A stretch of DNA of 32,000 nucleotides from contig JAMWCX010000003.1 in the NCBI GenBank assembly GCA_023818895.1, positions 60,001-92,000 of the forward strand, given 5' to 3'. Of the stretch, positions 21,627-29,337 are shown in pieces (positions within the stretch are counted from its first letter, which is position 1; every line of letters begins with the position of its first letter). Made by a program: the position numbers and the translations under genes. The notes below the pieces were generated by a model. The model had not been told where the DNA came from, ran no database searches, and saw nothing but the letters and a program-made list of their open reading frames with translations. This DNA is from Candidatus Omnitrophota bacterium. GTDB taxonomy: Bacteria > Omnitrophota > Gorgyraeia > 2-01-FULL-45-10.

Positions 21627-21833
21627 TTATGATGTTTTCCTGGATCTCTTTACCGGCTCAAGGCGTGTTTGGGCTATCGCCCTCTGTATATTCTTGATGA
21701 AAAGAAGCCAGAACCGCGGGGTTTCAGTTATCTCGAGAACTTTCTTGCCGTTCATATTTATGAACGCGACGCGGTAATTACATCCTTTGAGTTTCTCTAC
21801 GGAATATGCGTAGATGTTTTTGATGTTCTTCAT
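21627..21833 (-). CDS. hypothetical small protein (68 aa)
   Basis: MKNIKNIYAYSV... with a GAGGA ribosome-binding site 7 nt upstream of the ATG at 21833. Its stop lies 6 nt before the MFS start. The track's N-terminal extension to 21887 runs through the tRNA-derived repeat and is probably not coding. Confidence 0.45.
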   Translation of the reverse strand: MKNIKNIYAYSVEKLKGCNYRVAFINMNGKKVLEITETPRFWLLFIKNIQRAIAQTRLEPVKRSRKTS

Positions 21834-21850
21834 AGTCGGATCCTCGTTAG

Positions 21851-21871
21851 TATGGAGCTGGCGAATGGATT
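21851..21871 (-). repeat. 21-nt perfect direct copy of the tRNA-Thr 3' end (att-like)
   Basis: ATGGAGCTGGCGAATGGATTC at 21851-21871 is identical to 22018-22038, which covers the tRNA-Thr T-loop, acceptor arm and CCA plus 1 nt. Confidence 0.85.
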
Positions 21872-21877
21872 CCTCTT

Positions 21878-21984
21878 CGTCCCGCACAGCGGGACTCAGA
21901 GCCGGCCAAATTGCTGACGGCCTTAAGGCCTTTTCCTCCCCCTTGGTCGGCGCAATTTGGCTTCGAATCCATCCCTGCCAACAT
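21878..21984. other. nested inverted repeats / degenerate inverted tRNA T-arm fragment
   Basis: 7-bp hairpin: GTCCCGC-aca-GCGGGAC (21878-21894). 10-bp long-range stem: GCCAAATTGC (21905-21914) with GCAATTTGGC (21952-21961), enclosing the palindrome GGCCTTAAGGCC (21919-21930). TTCGAATCCAT (21962-21972) is an inverted copy of the tRNA-Thr T-loop region. Confidence 0.6.
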
Positions 21985-22018
21985 CGTATATTATGTACGC
22001 TAACTAGACCAATATGAT

Positions 22019-22094
22019 GGAGCTGGCGAATGGATTCGAACCATCGACCTGCGGTTTACGAAACCGCTGCTCTACCGACTGAGCTACGCCAGCT
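22019..22094 (-). tRNA. tRNA-Thr (anticodon CGU), CCA encoded
   Basis: Reverse complement: GCTGGCG-TA-GCTC-AGTCGGTA-GAGC-A-GCGGT-TTCGTAA-ACCGC-AGGTC-GATGG-TTCGAAT-CCATT-CGCCAGC-T-CCA. This is a canonical cloverleaf. Confidence 0.95.
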
Positions 22095-22104
22095 TGCGCG
22101 TTTA

Positions 22105-22133
22105 TTCTATCGAAAGGGGCATATTTAGGCAAG
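22105..22133 (-). promoter_or_regulatory. sigma70-like promoter of tRNA-Thr
   Basis: On the minus strand: TTGCCT (22133-22128), a 17-nt spacer, then TAGAAT (22110-22105). The tRNA 5' end follows 10 nt later. Confidence 0.6.
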
Positions 22134-22170
22134 GAAAAAACTTCTCGCTCCTGCGCCCCACTACCCTCTC

Positions 22171-22698
22171 CTATATCTTCCTGCTGTCATAGGCCCAGTG
22201 AAGAATGGCCTGGCGCTGGCGGGCGCGGCATTCAAGATTTCCTCTGTCGCAATTATGCCTCACCTGCGCTATATGCCTCTTAATCGCCTTCCACCTTTTT
22301 ATCTGCCTTCTATCCTCTTCGGGCAAGCGTCTGCCCATATAATAACGGCAGTACCACTGAAACCACCCTCTGGGGTCATCCTTGTAAAGCCAGCGCTTTT
22401 TCCTCCAGACTAATAGGGGTTGGCTTGCGTTGACTTTGAAATAATTCAACTTCGGATCATGCCGCTCGCTACAGAGTTTTGCTTTTTTGAACCATGAGGC
22501 TGGGAATTCTTTTCTGCAGTCGGTCATGTATTTTCCGCCGAACACTCCCATCTCCAACATCTGTTTCGGAGTAAGCTCAGGTTTGAATTCAGGGTCAAAA
22601 TTTCGCCCCACCGGTTCGCTAAGGACATATTTATAATTTTTTTGCATCTTGTCATTGACGATAACTATCTTTTTTTTCATGCCAAAATAGTCCTTCAC
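22171..22698 (-). CDS. conserved hypothetical protein, Trp/Arg/Cys-rich (175 aa)
   Basis: The ORF has a distinctive DDPRGWFQWYCRYYMGRR motif. I believe this is a widespread uncharacterised family but cannot name it with certainty. The GTG start overlaps the upstream stop by 1 nt. An alternative ATG lies at 22680. Confidence 0.55.
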   Translation of the reverse strand: MKDYFGMKKKIVIVNDKMQKNYKYVLSEPVGRNFDPEFKPELTPKQMLEMGVFGGKYMTDCRKEFPASWFKKAKLCSERHDPKLNYFKVNASQPLLVWRKKRWLYKDDPRGWFQWYCRYYMGRRLPEEDRRQIKRWKAIKRHIAQVRHNCDRGNLECRARQRQAILHWAYDSRKI

Positions 22699-23201
22699 TA
22701 TACCTTATGCCTGCCGAAAAATATCTCCCTCACTTTGTCCTTGCCTATAGCGCGTATAAGCTCTGATGAAGAACAGTAGAAAAGAAGAAGTATAAAGAGC
22801 CATATCTGTCTGACCCAGAATATGGGCCAAATTATGCGGCTGGATATGTTCTGCCATGTCCACAATAAACCTTTTTCCCTCAGGGAGATATGAACAAATT
22901 CTTCCAGCGCCAGAAAAAGCATAGCGACCAAAAAGTATACCGCCGTCTTTGTCAGGACATTATAGATAAGCGGCTTTTCTGGATACTGGTTGAGGAACGG
23001 GATCCTGCCAGCGATAAAAACTACCTTGGCGACGACCAGGGCGCCTATCACCGCCACGGCCGACATAGGTACGGCGATGCCGAACTGCTGAAGCATTAGT
23101 GTCCTTGTGACTAGTAATATATGGAACATTATGAAGAAGAATAGAAACGCTGGGAATATCTCTCGGAGTGTTTTTGCAAGATATACGGCCGCTCTTATCA
23201 T
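22698..23201 (-). CDS. hypothetical integral membrane protein (about 4 TM helices)
   Basis: 167 aa with four long hydrophobic segments. Co-directional with the polysaccharide locus and tightly spaced. Confidence 0.55.
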   Translation of the reverse strand: MIRAAVYLAKTLREIFPAFLFFFIMFHILLVTRTLMLQQFGIAVPMSAVAVIGALVVAKVVFIAGRIPFLNQYPEKPLIYNVLTKTAVYFLVAMLFLALEEFVHISLREKGLLWTWQNISSRIIWPIFWVRQIWLFILLLFYCSSSELIRAIGKDKVREIFFGRHKV

Positions 23202-23231
23202 ATTTTCTTTTTGCTCCTTTTTATAAGAACG

Positions 23232-24164
23232 CTATCGAAAATAGGGGTCTTCGAGAGCCCCCTTAAGCGCCTTGCCTGCTGGACTTTCTGGGTCAAAAGC
23301 CCAATCAGTCTCTTTATCGACATTGAAAAGGACAAACGCCTTAACCTTTTGCATTGCCTTTATATCTAAGAGGGCCTGCCTTATCCACTCCGCTTTATCG
23401 CCGCCTTTAGAAGAACATCCGAATTCGGTTATGATAACAGGCTTTTCGTAAGAGGTGGTTATCTCGCTATATCGCGCCGAGAAGATCTCTTGAAAGCTCA
23501 TCCACCTACTCCAGTTCTGGCTGTTTCCCCAATTGTATCCATCTATGCCGCAATAATCCACATAGGCATCGCCTGGATACGAGCGCGCGAAACCGTTTTC
23601 TTTCGGCCTATCCTCCCAGTTAATGGAAAATACCCATTTCACATTGTCCACGCCGGCATTGTCAAATAACTTTCTTATATGCCTGTAGATGGCAATATAT
23701 TTCTCTGATCCTATCCTCGCCGCTGACCAGGGATACCAATCGCCGTTCATCTCGTGAGCGAATCTCAAATATAAATCCCTGCGTATATTTTTAAGCCTTA
23801 AAGCAAAGTCCAAGATATAATTGTCGTACTTGCCAGCTATCAGCCCATCGTAATCTATCGCCTCTTGAGCGGCAGCCCGCCAGGGCTCCCAAGTGACCAT
23901 AAGGCGCGCTCCGGCAGAGTAGACATCCCGCACGGTCTTATCGGGAACGTAAGATCCCCATTCGGCAAAAACCATTATAAGCGACGGCTTTTTTCCGAAG
24001 TCCTCTCTGAAGGCGTTCAGTTCATGCCATGATGGATTATCGCCCAAAAAAAATCCAGCCAGGCATGTTTGCTCTCCTTGCTGCCTTGAGGCATTACAAG
24101 ACGAGACAGAGATCACCGTTGAAAGAACCAATATAACAACCGCTGCCTTGTAAAACAATCTCAC
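23232..24164 (-). CDS. GH26-like (clan GH-A) glycoside hydrolase, probable lipoprotein/secreted
   Basis: RFAHEMNGDWYPWS carries the acid/base Glu and PVIITEFGC the nucleophile Glu. Together with WEPW and GIDGYNW these fit GH26 (COG4124-type). I moved the start to the GTG at 24164: AGGA lies 6 nt upstream, and the product begins (M)RLFYKAAVVILVLSTVISVSSC, a signal peptide with a lipobox-like Cys. This start also lies just after the stop of the upstream gene (24176). Confidence 0.7.
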   Translation of the reverse strand: MRLFYKAAVVILVLSTVISVSSCNASRQQGEQTCLAGFFLGDNPSWHELNAFREDFGKKPSLIMVFAEWGSYVPDKTVRDVYSAGARLMVTWEPWRAAAQEAIDYDGLIAGKYDNYILDFALRLKNIRRDLYLRFAHEMNGDWYPWSAARIGSEKYIAIYRHIRKLFDNAGVDNVKWVFSINWEDRPKENGFARSYPGDAYVDYCGIDGYNWGNSQNWSRWMSFQEIFSARYSEITTSYEKPVIITEFGCSSKGGDKAEWIRQALLDIKAMQKVKAFVLFNVDKETDWAFDPESPAGKALKGALEDPYFR

Positions 24165-24175
24165 GAGATATCCTA

Positions 24176-24406
24176 TTAAGTCATACGCCCCAGGAGCAGC
24201 TTTGCCACAGTGTTGACAATTTCGGCATGAGCCGCCTCTTCTAGGGAAAGTTTGCTGAAAAGTGCTTTCATCTGCTGATCGTCGAGCCTGTCTGCAAGGT
24301 CCTTGTAACGAGCGCACATCTTCATCTCAACTGTCCTCATCTGATCGAGGTAATTTTTATAATCTTCTTTAGTAAGCACTTCTTCCTTCTTTCGTAACTT
24401 TATCAA
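24176..24406 (-). CDS. small helical protein, rubrerythrin/ferritin-like half domain (paralog B)
   Basis: About 76 aa. Contains VEMKMCARY (E-x6-Y) and LEEAAHAEIV (ExxH), the ligand pattern of one helix pair of a diiron four-helix bundle. The start is uncertain: TTG 24406, GTG 24379 or ATG 24340. Confidence 0.5.
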   Translation of the reverse strand: MIKLRKKEEVLTKEDYKNYLDQMRTVEMKMCARYKDLADRLDDQQMKALFSKLSLEEAAHAEIVNTVAKLLLGRMT

Positions 24407-24608
24407 TCACTTCCAGAACAATGTTTTGATGCTTTGTCGAGCAAGCAGCAAGATACTTAAAATGCTCCTTTACCTTTTCCGCCTTATCCTGCTCCATGCC
24501 GACCCAGAACAACGCGGCTTTCAAATGATTCATATATACTGGAACGGACTTCTCCTCCATATCCATTGCCTCCTTCAGGAGGCGCAGCAACTCTTCTTTT
24601 TTAATCAT
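24369..24608 (-). CDS. small helical protein, rubrerythrin/ferritin-like half domain (paralog A)
   Basis: 79 aa. Contains MEEKSVPVY (E-x6-Y) and CSTKHQNIV (SxxH in place of ExxH). It aligns by eye with the downstream paralog. GGAAAG precedes the ATG at 24608. Confidence 0.55.
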   Translation of the reverse strand: MIKKEELLRLLKEAMDMEEKSVPVYMNHLKAALFWVGMEQDKAEKVKEHFKYLAACSTKHQNIVLEVIDKVTKEGRSAY

Positions 24609-24654
24609 CTTTCCATTCGTCCCTTATATCTTTCAACTTGCGTTTTTTATTATA

Positions 24655-26175
24655 CTACCTCTCCTCATTAAAGTAAAAGATGGCGGCAAGGGCTAGAAAA
24701 TAATATAATGCCCATAAGCTATTGACGAGGATTGCTGGTTCGCGCTCATAGATATACCTATTTGCCCCCCATACTACAGTAACAACGCAGAAGAACATCA
24801 TCGTCATCTGCGGCCAAAGACGCCAATAAGGTAATCTCTTTTCTTTTACCTTCCCCGTCACACCGAAGCTTACCTTTACGCCAAGAAGCGCCGATGCGGC
24901 GGCTCTAATGTAAATCGAAAATGTATTTACGCCGAGCAGCTGACCGATAAATAGGTCCTGTGGGCTGTAATGCCTGTTTCCGAGCATGATGTAGAAGACG
25001 CTCACAGATAATATAAGATATGGAAGAAATGTGAAAAAATATATTTCGGGATGAGTAAAGAATGACGGTATCCTGAAAAGCAGATAGGTAATAGGACAGA
25101 TCATAAGAAAGAAGAATGCTATACCTATCAGATAATAAGTGCTTGAAAGAAAATACTCCCACCACTGGAGAGGTTTGAGGGAAAAAGGCCTTGTCAAAAA
25201 ACGCCATAACAGCTTTCGAAAGACGCTTATGGTGCCGACAGCCCACCTAAACTGCTGTTTGAAATAACTATTCAGGTCCTCAGGTCCCATTCCGAAAGCC
25301 GAGACATGGTCATAGTAGCGCGATCTCCAACCAGCTGAGTGCAGCTTCACAGATGTTGCAAAGTCCTCTGTGACGGTTGATTCATCGAGACCTCCTACGG
25401 AGACAAGCGCTTCGCGCCTGAATATAACATTGGTCCCACAGCAGAACATCGCCCCACCTGAGGATTTACCTTCGCAGATATATTCATAAAACACCGCTTG
25501 CTGAAATGCCGCACCCCGCGCTATAGCGCTTTTATCTATGTTTGAATAAAACTGAGGGGTCTGAATAAAGGCGAGTTTATCATCGCGCTCCATCATTGGG
25601 ACAAGGACTTTTAAAAAATTTGGCATCGGGTTCTGGTCGGCGTCAAATATGACGACGTATTTTTCGGTAAGGTTCTTTAGGCAGTCGTTTATAATCCCGG
25701 CCTTGGCACCGTGACGGATCTTGCGCCTGAATAGGACCAGACCATATTCAGACGCGATTTCATCAGCCTCTTTTTTGTAGGAGTCCTCCGAGCTGTCATC
25801 CAGGAAATATACCTTCTTATTCGGATAGTCCATTGCGTTTATGGTTGTGAAGGTCTTCTCAAGCACCTCTTTTGGCTCGTGTCTTGCGGTGACCAGTACA
25901 GCTACGGACGGCCCGCCGGCCCTCGCCGAGAATGGAAACATCTCCTCTCTTATTTTCGGGCTCGTCATTATCCTGAAGATGTTGGCCGCATAGCCGAAAG
26001 CATGGAGCAGGATAAAAAGCTCTCCGACTATAAGCATAACGGCAAACACGCGCTCTACGGGACTATATTCGCCGGTCATGAACAGTACGCTCCTTGTGAT
26101 GACGTAGACGACTACGGCAATGAGCGCGCCGACGACCAGGAAATTCATGAAAAGTTTGCGGAATTCCATATTCAT
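24655..26175 (-). CDS. processive family-2 glycosyltransferase (cellulose/PNAG-synthase-like polysaccharide synthase)
   Basis: 506 aa. N-terminal TM helices, then a GT-A domain with FLDDSS, FDADQNP (DxD), TVTEDFATS (TED) and QQFRWAVG (QxxRW), followed by C-terminal TM helices. No PilZ-like RxxxR/DxSxxG tail is visible. Confidence 0.88.
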   Translation of the reverse strand: MNMEFRKLFMNFLVVGALIAVVVYVITRSVLFMTGEYSPVERVFAVMLIVGELFILLHAFGYAANIFRIMTSPKIREEMFPFSARAGGPSVAVLVTARHEPKEVLEKTFTTINAMDYPNKKVYFLDDSSEDSYKKEADEIASEYGLVLFRRKIRHGAKAGIINDCLKNLTEKYVVIFDADQNPMPNFLKVLVPMMERDDKLAFIQTPQFYSNIDKSAIARGAAFQQAVFYEYICEGKSSGGAMFCCGTNVIFRREALVSVGGLDESTVTEDFATSVKLHSAGWRSRYYDHVSAFGMGPEDLNSYFKQQFRWAVGTISVFRKLLWRFLTRPFSLKPLQWWEYFLSSTYYLIGIAFFFLMICPITYLLFRIPSFFTHPEIYFFTFLPYLILSVSVFYIMLGNRHYSPQDLFIGQLLGVNTFSIYIRAAASALLGVKVSFGVTGKVKEKRLPYWRLWPQMTMMFFCVVTVVWGANRYIYEREPAILVNSLWALYYFLALAAIFYFNEER

Positions 26176-26177
26176 AT

Positions 26178-28715
26178 TTAGAAATAATATTTGAACGACG
26201 CGATGAGATCGCTATCTTTGTAGACCTTATTGCTTGAACGCGAAAAAGAGCTGCGTACATTGAAGTTCAGCCTCTTGTTGATGTCCCAGTTGAATTCTCC
26301 CGAAAACTTGTGGGCGACTACGGTCTCGGAATCCACCGAGAATTGATATCCTATATCATAATAGAGGTCGTCTGCGCCGAAGAAGATCTCTTCTTTGTTC
26401 AGGTAGTGGCGCCAGTTAAAAAACACCGAATTGGTGGTAAATCCCTTCGGCGACCAGTAAGCGGCCACCTTTTCGTTAAACTCTTTGTAAAAATACCTGT
26501 ACTTTACCGAAAAGCGCAACGGGTCCAGCGAAAAGAAATAGAGGATATCGAAACCCGGCTCATTTAGATAGTTATGGTCAGAATAGGTGGCGTATAGCAT
26601 ATCTGCACCGACTTTTAACCTCTTTGACAGGCTAAGATCCAGCCTCTCCCTAAAGCAGTCGCGGTATTCGTGGCTTACGATGACGCTGCTGGAGTTCTCA
26701 AGCCTTTCCCTCTCGTAAGAAAATCTGAAAGCGCCTGTCCCCAGAACTCTGAAAGTGGCGCTAGAACCGAAAGTGTTCATTGCCTTTATATCTTTATTAT
26801 AGATAACGCAGTTATAGAAACCGTCCACCCAGCCTATCGGATTATGCATATAGGTGAGCTTCACCATCTCCTCGTTCTCGATCACCTGGCTATAGTCCGA
26901 AAAGGATCTGAAGGTAAGCTTCTGGCCGGCGTCAATCCGGAGGGTGTAATCTAGAGGATAACTGAACTTATTGAAATAGGAGTGCTTCCTCACATCCATG
27001 TCCCTTGAGATAGAATCTGCTTCAACGAAATCATACCCTGTGTCCCAGCGAAGATGAGCCGCCATAAGAGAGATCTTCTCAAGACCTTCATTTGCCCTGA
27101 AATGGGTCGGCGACTGCTCAAGTATCTTCTTGTATTCGTCTGTCGCCTCTTTCCACATCGACTGATAAGAATATATCTGGCTTAAGTCGAACATGGCCTC
27201 CACGTTTCCGGAAGCCCGCCTTATGGCCTCTTTGTAATACTTTATCGCCTGTTCTACGCGATCGCCCCAATAGGCGGTCTTCGCCTTCATCTCAACTTCT
27301 ATGTCCCTATCATATTTCATTTCGAGTATTTTTTGGTATTCCTTTAGAGACCTGTCATATTCCCTCATCCAGCCGAGAACCCTGGCCTTCTGCAGCCTTA
27401 TTTTGCTATCTTCCGTTTCGGCGAGAAGATCATCATAGGCCTTTATCGAACGTCTATAGTCCCTGGCCCACGATAGGACGTCCGCAAGTTTTCTTTTCAC
27501 CTCTCGATCATAAGATTTTTTCAACACTTCCTCATAAAAAGCGATACTTTGTTGAAATCTCTTGGTGTAGGAATAGAGGTCGGCAAGATAGACTTTGGCT
27601 TTGAGATCGTCTGGATCCTTTGCCAGAATCTCCTTTAGGGTTTTTTCGGCTTTCACATAATCACCAGAATATAACAACGCCTTGGCATAATAAGCCCTAA
27701 TCATCCCGTCATCTCTTATGGAAAGGGCCTTTTCAAGATAACCTATGGCCTGGGCGTATTTCTTCTGCCATGTAAGGATCTGACCCAAAAGGCCATAGGC
27801 CTCCACATATTGAGAGTCTTGGCTTATTATTTCCCTTAAGAGCCTTTCAGATCCTTCGAGATCCTTGCTCCACACCAGGACATTTGCGAGTTTCCATTTT
27901 ATATCGATACTGCCCGGCTCTATTTCAAGGGCCTTCCTATATCCGGCTATTGATTCATCATATTGCTTCTGCCAGCTCAGTATGTCAGCCAACGAAAGTA
28001 ACACTTTTACATTATTAGGGTCTTTCTTCAGGATGCGCCTATATTCGGCGATGGAATCCCCATAGTCTTTGCTTATCATATACGCCTCGCCAAGGAGTCT
28101 TCTTATCTCCGTCTTCATCTTTATGTCTTTATTTACTTTCTCATCTTCCAGAAGAGTCCTGTATATCATTACGGCATCGGCGGCCCTGCCGGAATATTGC
28201 AGAGCTTGGGCCATGAGAAAACGCGTCTTGATATCCGTAGGGTTTTCCTTAAGGACCATTATGAGCAGCCGCTCCGCTCTCTCCCACTGGCCCGTCCACA
28301 TAAACACTTCAGCCAGGCGCCTATCCGTAGCGGTATCGCGGCCCTTTCGTAAGATTTCTTCATAGAGCCTTATCGCCTCGGTGTACTTTTTCTCCCAAGA
28401 ATATGTCTCGGCAAGCGAACCTTTCACCGTTAGGTCATCGGGTCTAAGCGCAAGAAGTTTTTCAAAAGCCTCTATCGCCTCTGAATGCCTGCCTGTCCAC
28501 TGGCAGGAATAGCCAAGCTCGCGCAAGGCGTCCAACCGACGAGGATCGATGGCAATAGCCTTTTTGAAATATGGAATCGCTTTTGTGTAGTGGGCCTTTT
28601 CGAAATAACGGTGACCTTTGTAGTAATTGATTTCGGCCTGGTGGGTGCTGTGATATACAAACGTTGTGCCAAAAGAAGTAATGATAAGAATCAAAATAAC
28701 TATGAGGATCTTCAT
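26178..28715 (-). CDS. TPR-repeat periplasmic scaffold fused to C-terminal outer-membrane beta-barrel (PgaA/BcsC-like exporter)
   Basis: 845 aa. N-terminal signal/anchor sequence, then about 550 aa of repeated TPR units (recurring W..(K/Q)Y..AI..Y...L...P). The last ~290 aa show an alternating beta-strand pattern and end in ...SFKYYF, the terminal aromatic residue typical of outer-membrane proteins. Confidence 0.8.
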   Translation of the reverse strand: MKILIVILILIITSFGTTFVYHSTHQAEINYYKGHRYFEKAHYTKAIPYFKKAIAIDPRRLDALRELGYSCQWTGRHSEAIEAFEKLLALRPDDLTVKGSLAETYSWEKKYTEAIRLYEEILRKGRDTATDRRLAEVFMWTGQWERAERLLIMVLKENPTDIKTRFLMAQALQYSGRAADAVMIYRTLLEDEKVNKDIKMKTEIRRLLGEAYMISKDYGDSIAEYRRILKKDPNNVKVLLSLADILSWQKQYDESIAGYRKALEIEPGSIDIKWKLANVLVWSKDLEGSERLLREIISQDSQYVEAYGLLGQILTWQKKYAQAIGYLEKALSIRDDGMIRAYYAKALLYSGDYVKAEKTLKEILAKDPDDLKAKVYLADLYSYTKRFQQSIAFYEEVLKKSYDREVKRKLADVLSWARDYRRSIKAYDDLLAETEDSKIRLQKARVLGWMREYDRSLKEYQKILEMKYDRDIEVEMKAKTAYWGDRVEQAIKYYKEAIRRASGNVEAMFDLSQIYSYQSMWKEATDEYKKILEQSPTHFRANEGLEKISLMAAHLRWDTGYDFVEADSISRDMDVRKHSYFNKFSYPLDYTLRIDAGQKLTFRSFSDYSQVIENEEMVKLTYMHNPIGWVDGFYNCVIYNKDIKAMNTFGSSATFRVLGTGAFRFSYERERLENSSSVIVSHEYRDCFRERLDLSLSKRLKVGADMLYATYSDHNYLNEPGFDILYFFSLDPLRFSVKYRYFYKEFNEKVAAYWSPKGFTTNSVFFNWRHYLNKEEIFFGADDLYYDIGYQFSVDSETVVAHKFSGEFNWDINKRLNFNVRSSFSRSSNKVYKDSDLIASFKYYF

Positions 28716-28735
28716 GATAGCGGCGTATTCGCTTC

Positions 28736-29314
28736 TTATTCCAACCCGCCTTCAATGGCCTTACGCAGGTCCTCCCAAAATTTACTTCGCTCTGGCGCAT
28801 CCGGCTGCGATAGGGCCGGAAATTCAAGGAAAGGCACCTTCACGTTTTCTTTCGCTAGTTCTTCGCCGATTATCTCGGCCATGATTCCGGCAAGGACAGG
28901 ATCGTTCGGATCCGGGTTCTCGGCTGGATTGGGAGATTCGGTCTGATATTTATTGACCTTGTGCTTTCCCCAATGAATACCGCAGGTTGGACTGTTTGCA
29001 AGACCTATAAAACAGGTAAGACGATAGTTATTCTTCAAGAACTCGCGAACCATTAGCATAGGCACCTTCAAAAGCTCCCTGCAGTGATCACGGAAGAATA
29101 TATTGTCATACTGCTGGCGGCCCTGGGGATTTCGCTTAAGCCCCATGGCCGTCGTTTCGGGACAAGGGTATTGGATAATCCCGACGTGTTTTTGCATAAG
29201 ATAGGTTACAAGTTCTTGAGAAAGCGGGAAATTCTGTCCCAGGATATGCACCCTGCAGTAGGGATTGATCAGGCACTGCGCTATAAGTATTATTCTCTTA
29301 TCTTTCTTGCCCAT
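28736..29314 (-). CDS. DUF523/TudS-like putative [4Fe-4S] protein with acidic Pro-rich C-terminal extension
   Basis: 192 aa. Three Cys lie in the contexts QC14L, PC51PE and SPTC111G. The spacings of 37 and 60 residues resemble the three cluster ligands of TudS (DUF523) as I recall them. Confidence 0.5.
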   Translation of the reverse strand: MGKKDKRIILIAQCLINPYCRVHILGQNFPLSQELVTYLMQKHVGIIQYPCPETTAMGLKRNPQGRQQYDNIFFRDHCRELLKVPMLMVREFLKNNYRLTCFIGLANSPTCGIHWGKHKVNKYQTESPNPAENPDPNDPVLAGIMAEIIGEELAKENVKVPFLEFPALSQPDAPERSKFWEDLRKAIEGGLE

Positions 29315-29337
29315 CTCAAATGTCCTCTAAACTTATT

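Noticed and set aside
22123-22136. TATTTAGGC-AAGG in the tRNA-Thr promoter resembles TATTTAGGCTAAGG at 30447-30460 upstream of cstA.
   Set aside because: A shared 9-mer in 64 kb of two-strand sequence is not far from chance expectation. The flanks do not extend the match. Nothing functional links a tRNA promoter to cstA.
21627-22170. A prophage or genomic island integrated at tRNA-Thr.
   Set aside because: The att-like direct repeats are only 146 bp apart. No integrase, excisionase, phage or transposase gene is present on either side. I report it only as a scar or structured region.
24165-24317. N-terminal extension of the GH26-like ORF (MRSLQGPCRQARRSADESTFQQ...), overlapping the small upstream gene.
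   Set aside because: The extension is Arg/Cys-rich and unlike a protein N-terminus, and it overlaps the 24176-24406 ORF. The GTG at 24164 has a ribosome-binding site and yields a proper signal peptide immediately.
24176-24608. A type II toxin-antitoxin reading of the two small, possibly overlapping genes.
   Set aside because: The two products are paralogs of each other, both acidic and helical. They carry metal-ligand-like E-x6-Y / (E/S)xxH patterns rather than a toxin fold paired with a DNA-binding antitoxin. They also sit mid-operon without a promoter of their own.
24905-25246. A 113-aa same-strand ORF in an alternative frame inside the GT2 synthase gene. ORF 26063-26260 spans the GT2/TPR gene junction in a similar way.
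   Set aside because: Both are embedded in, or straddle, genes with strong family motifs. They have no start signals, and I saw no slippery site that would suggest programmed frameshifting.
26178-28715. Periodic repetition within the 845-aa gene, considered as a possible DNA-level tandem repeat or CRISPR-like array.
   Set aside because: The periodicity is at the protein level: diverged TPR units of about 34 aa. There are no conserved nucleotide repeats or spacer structure.
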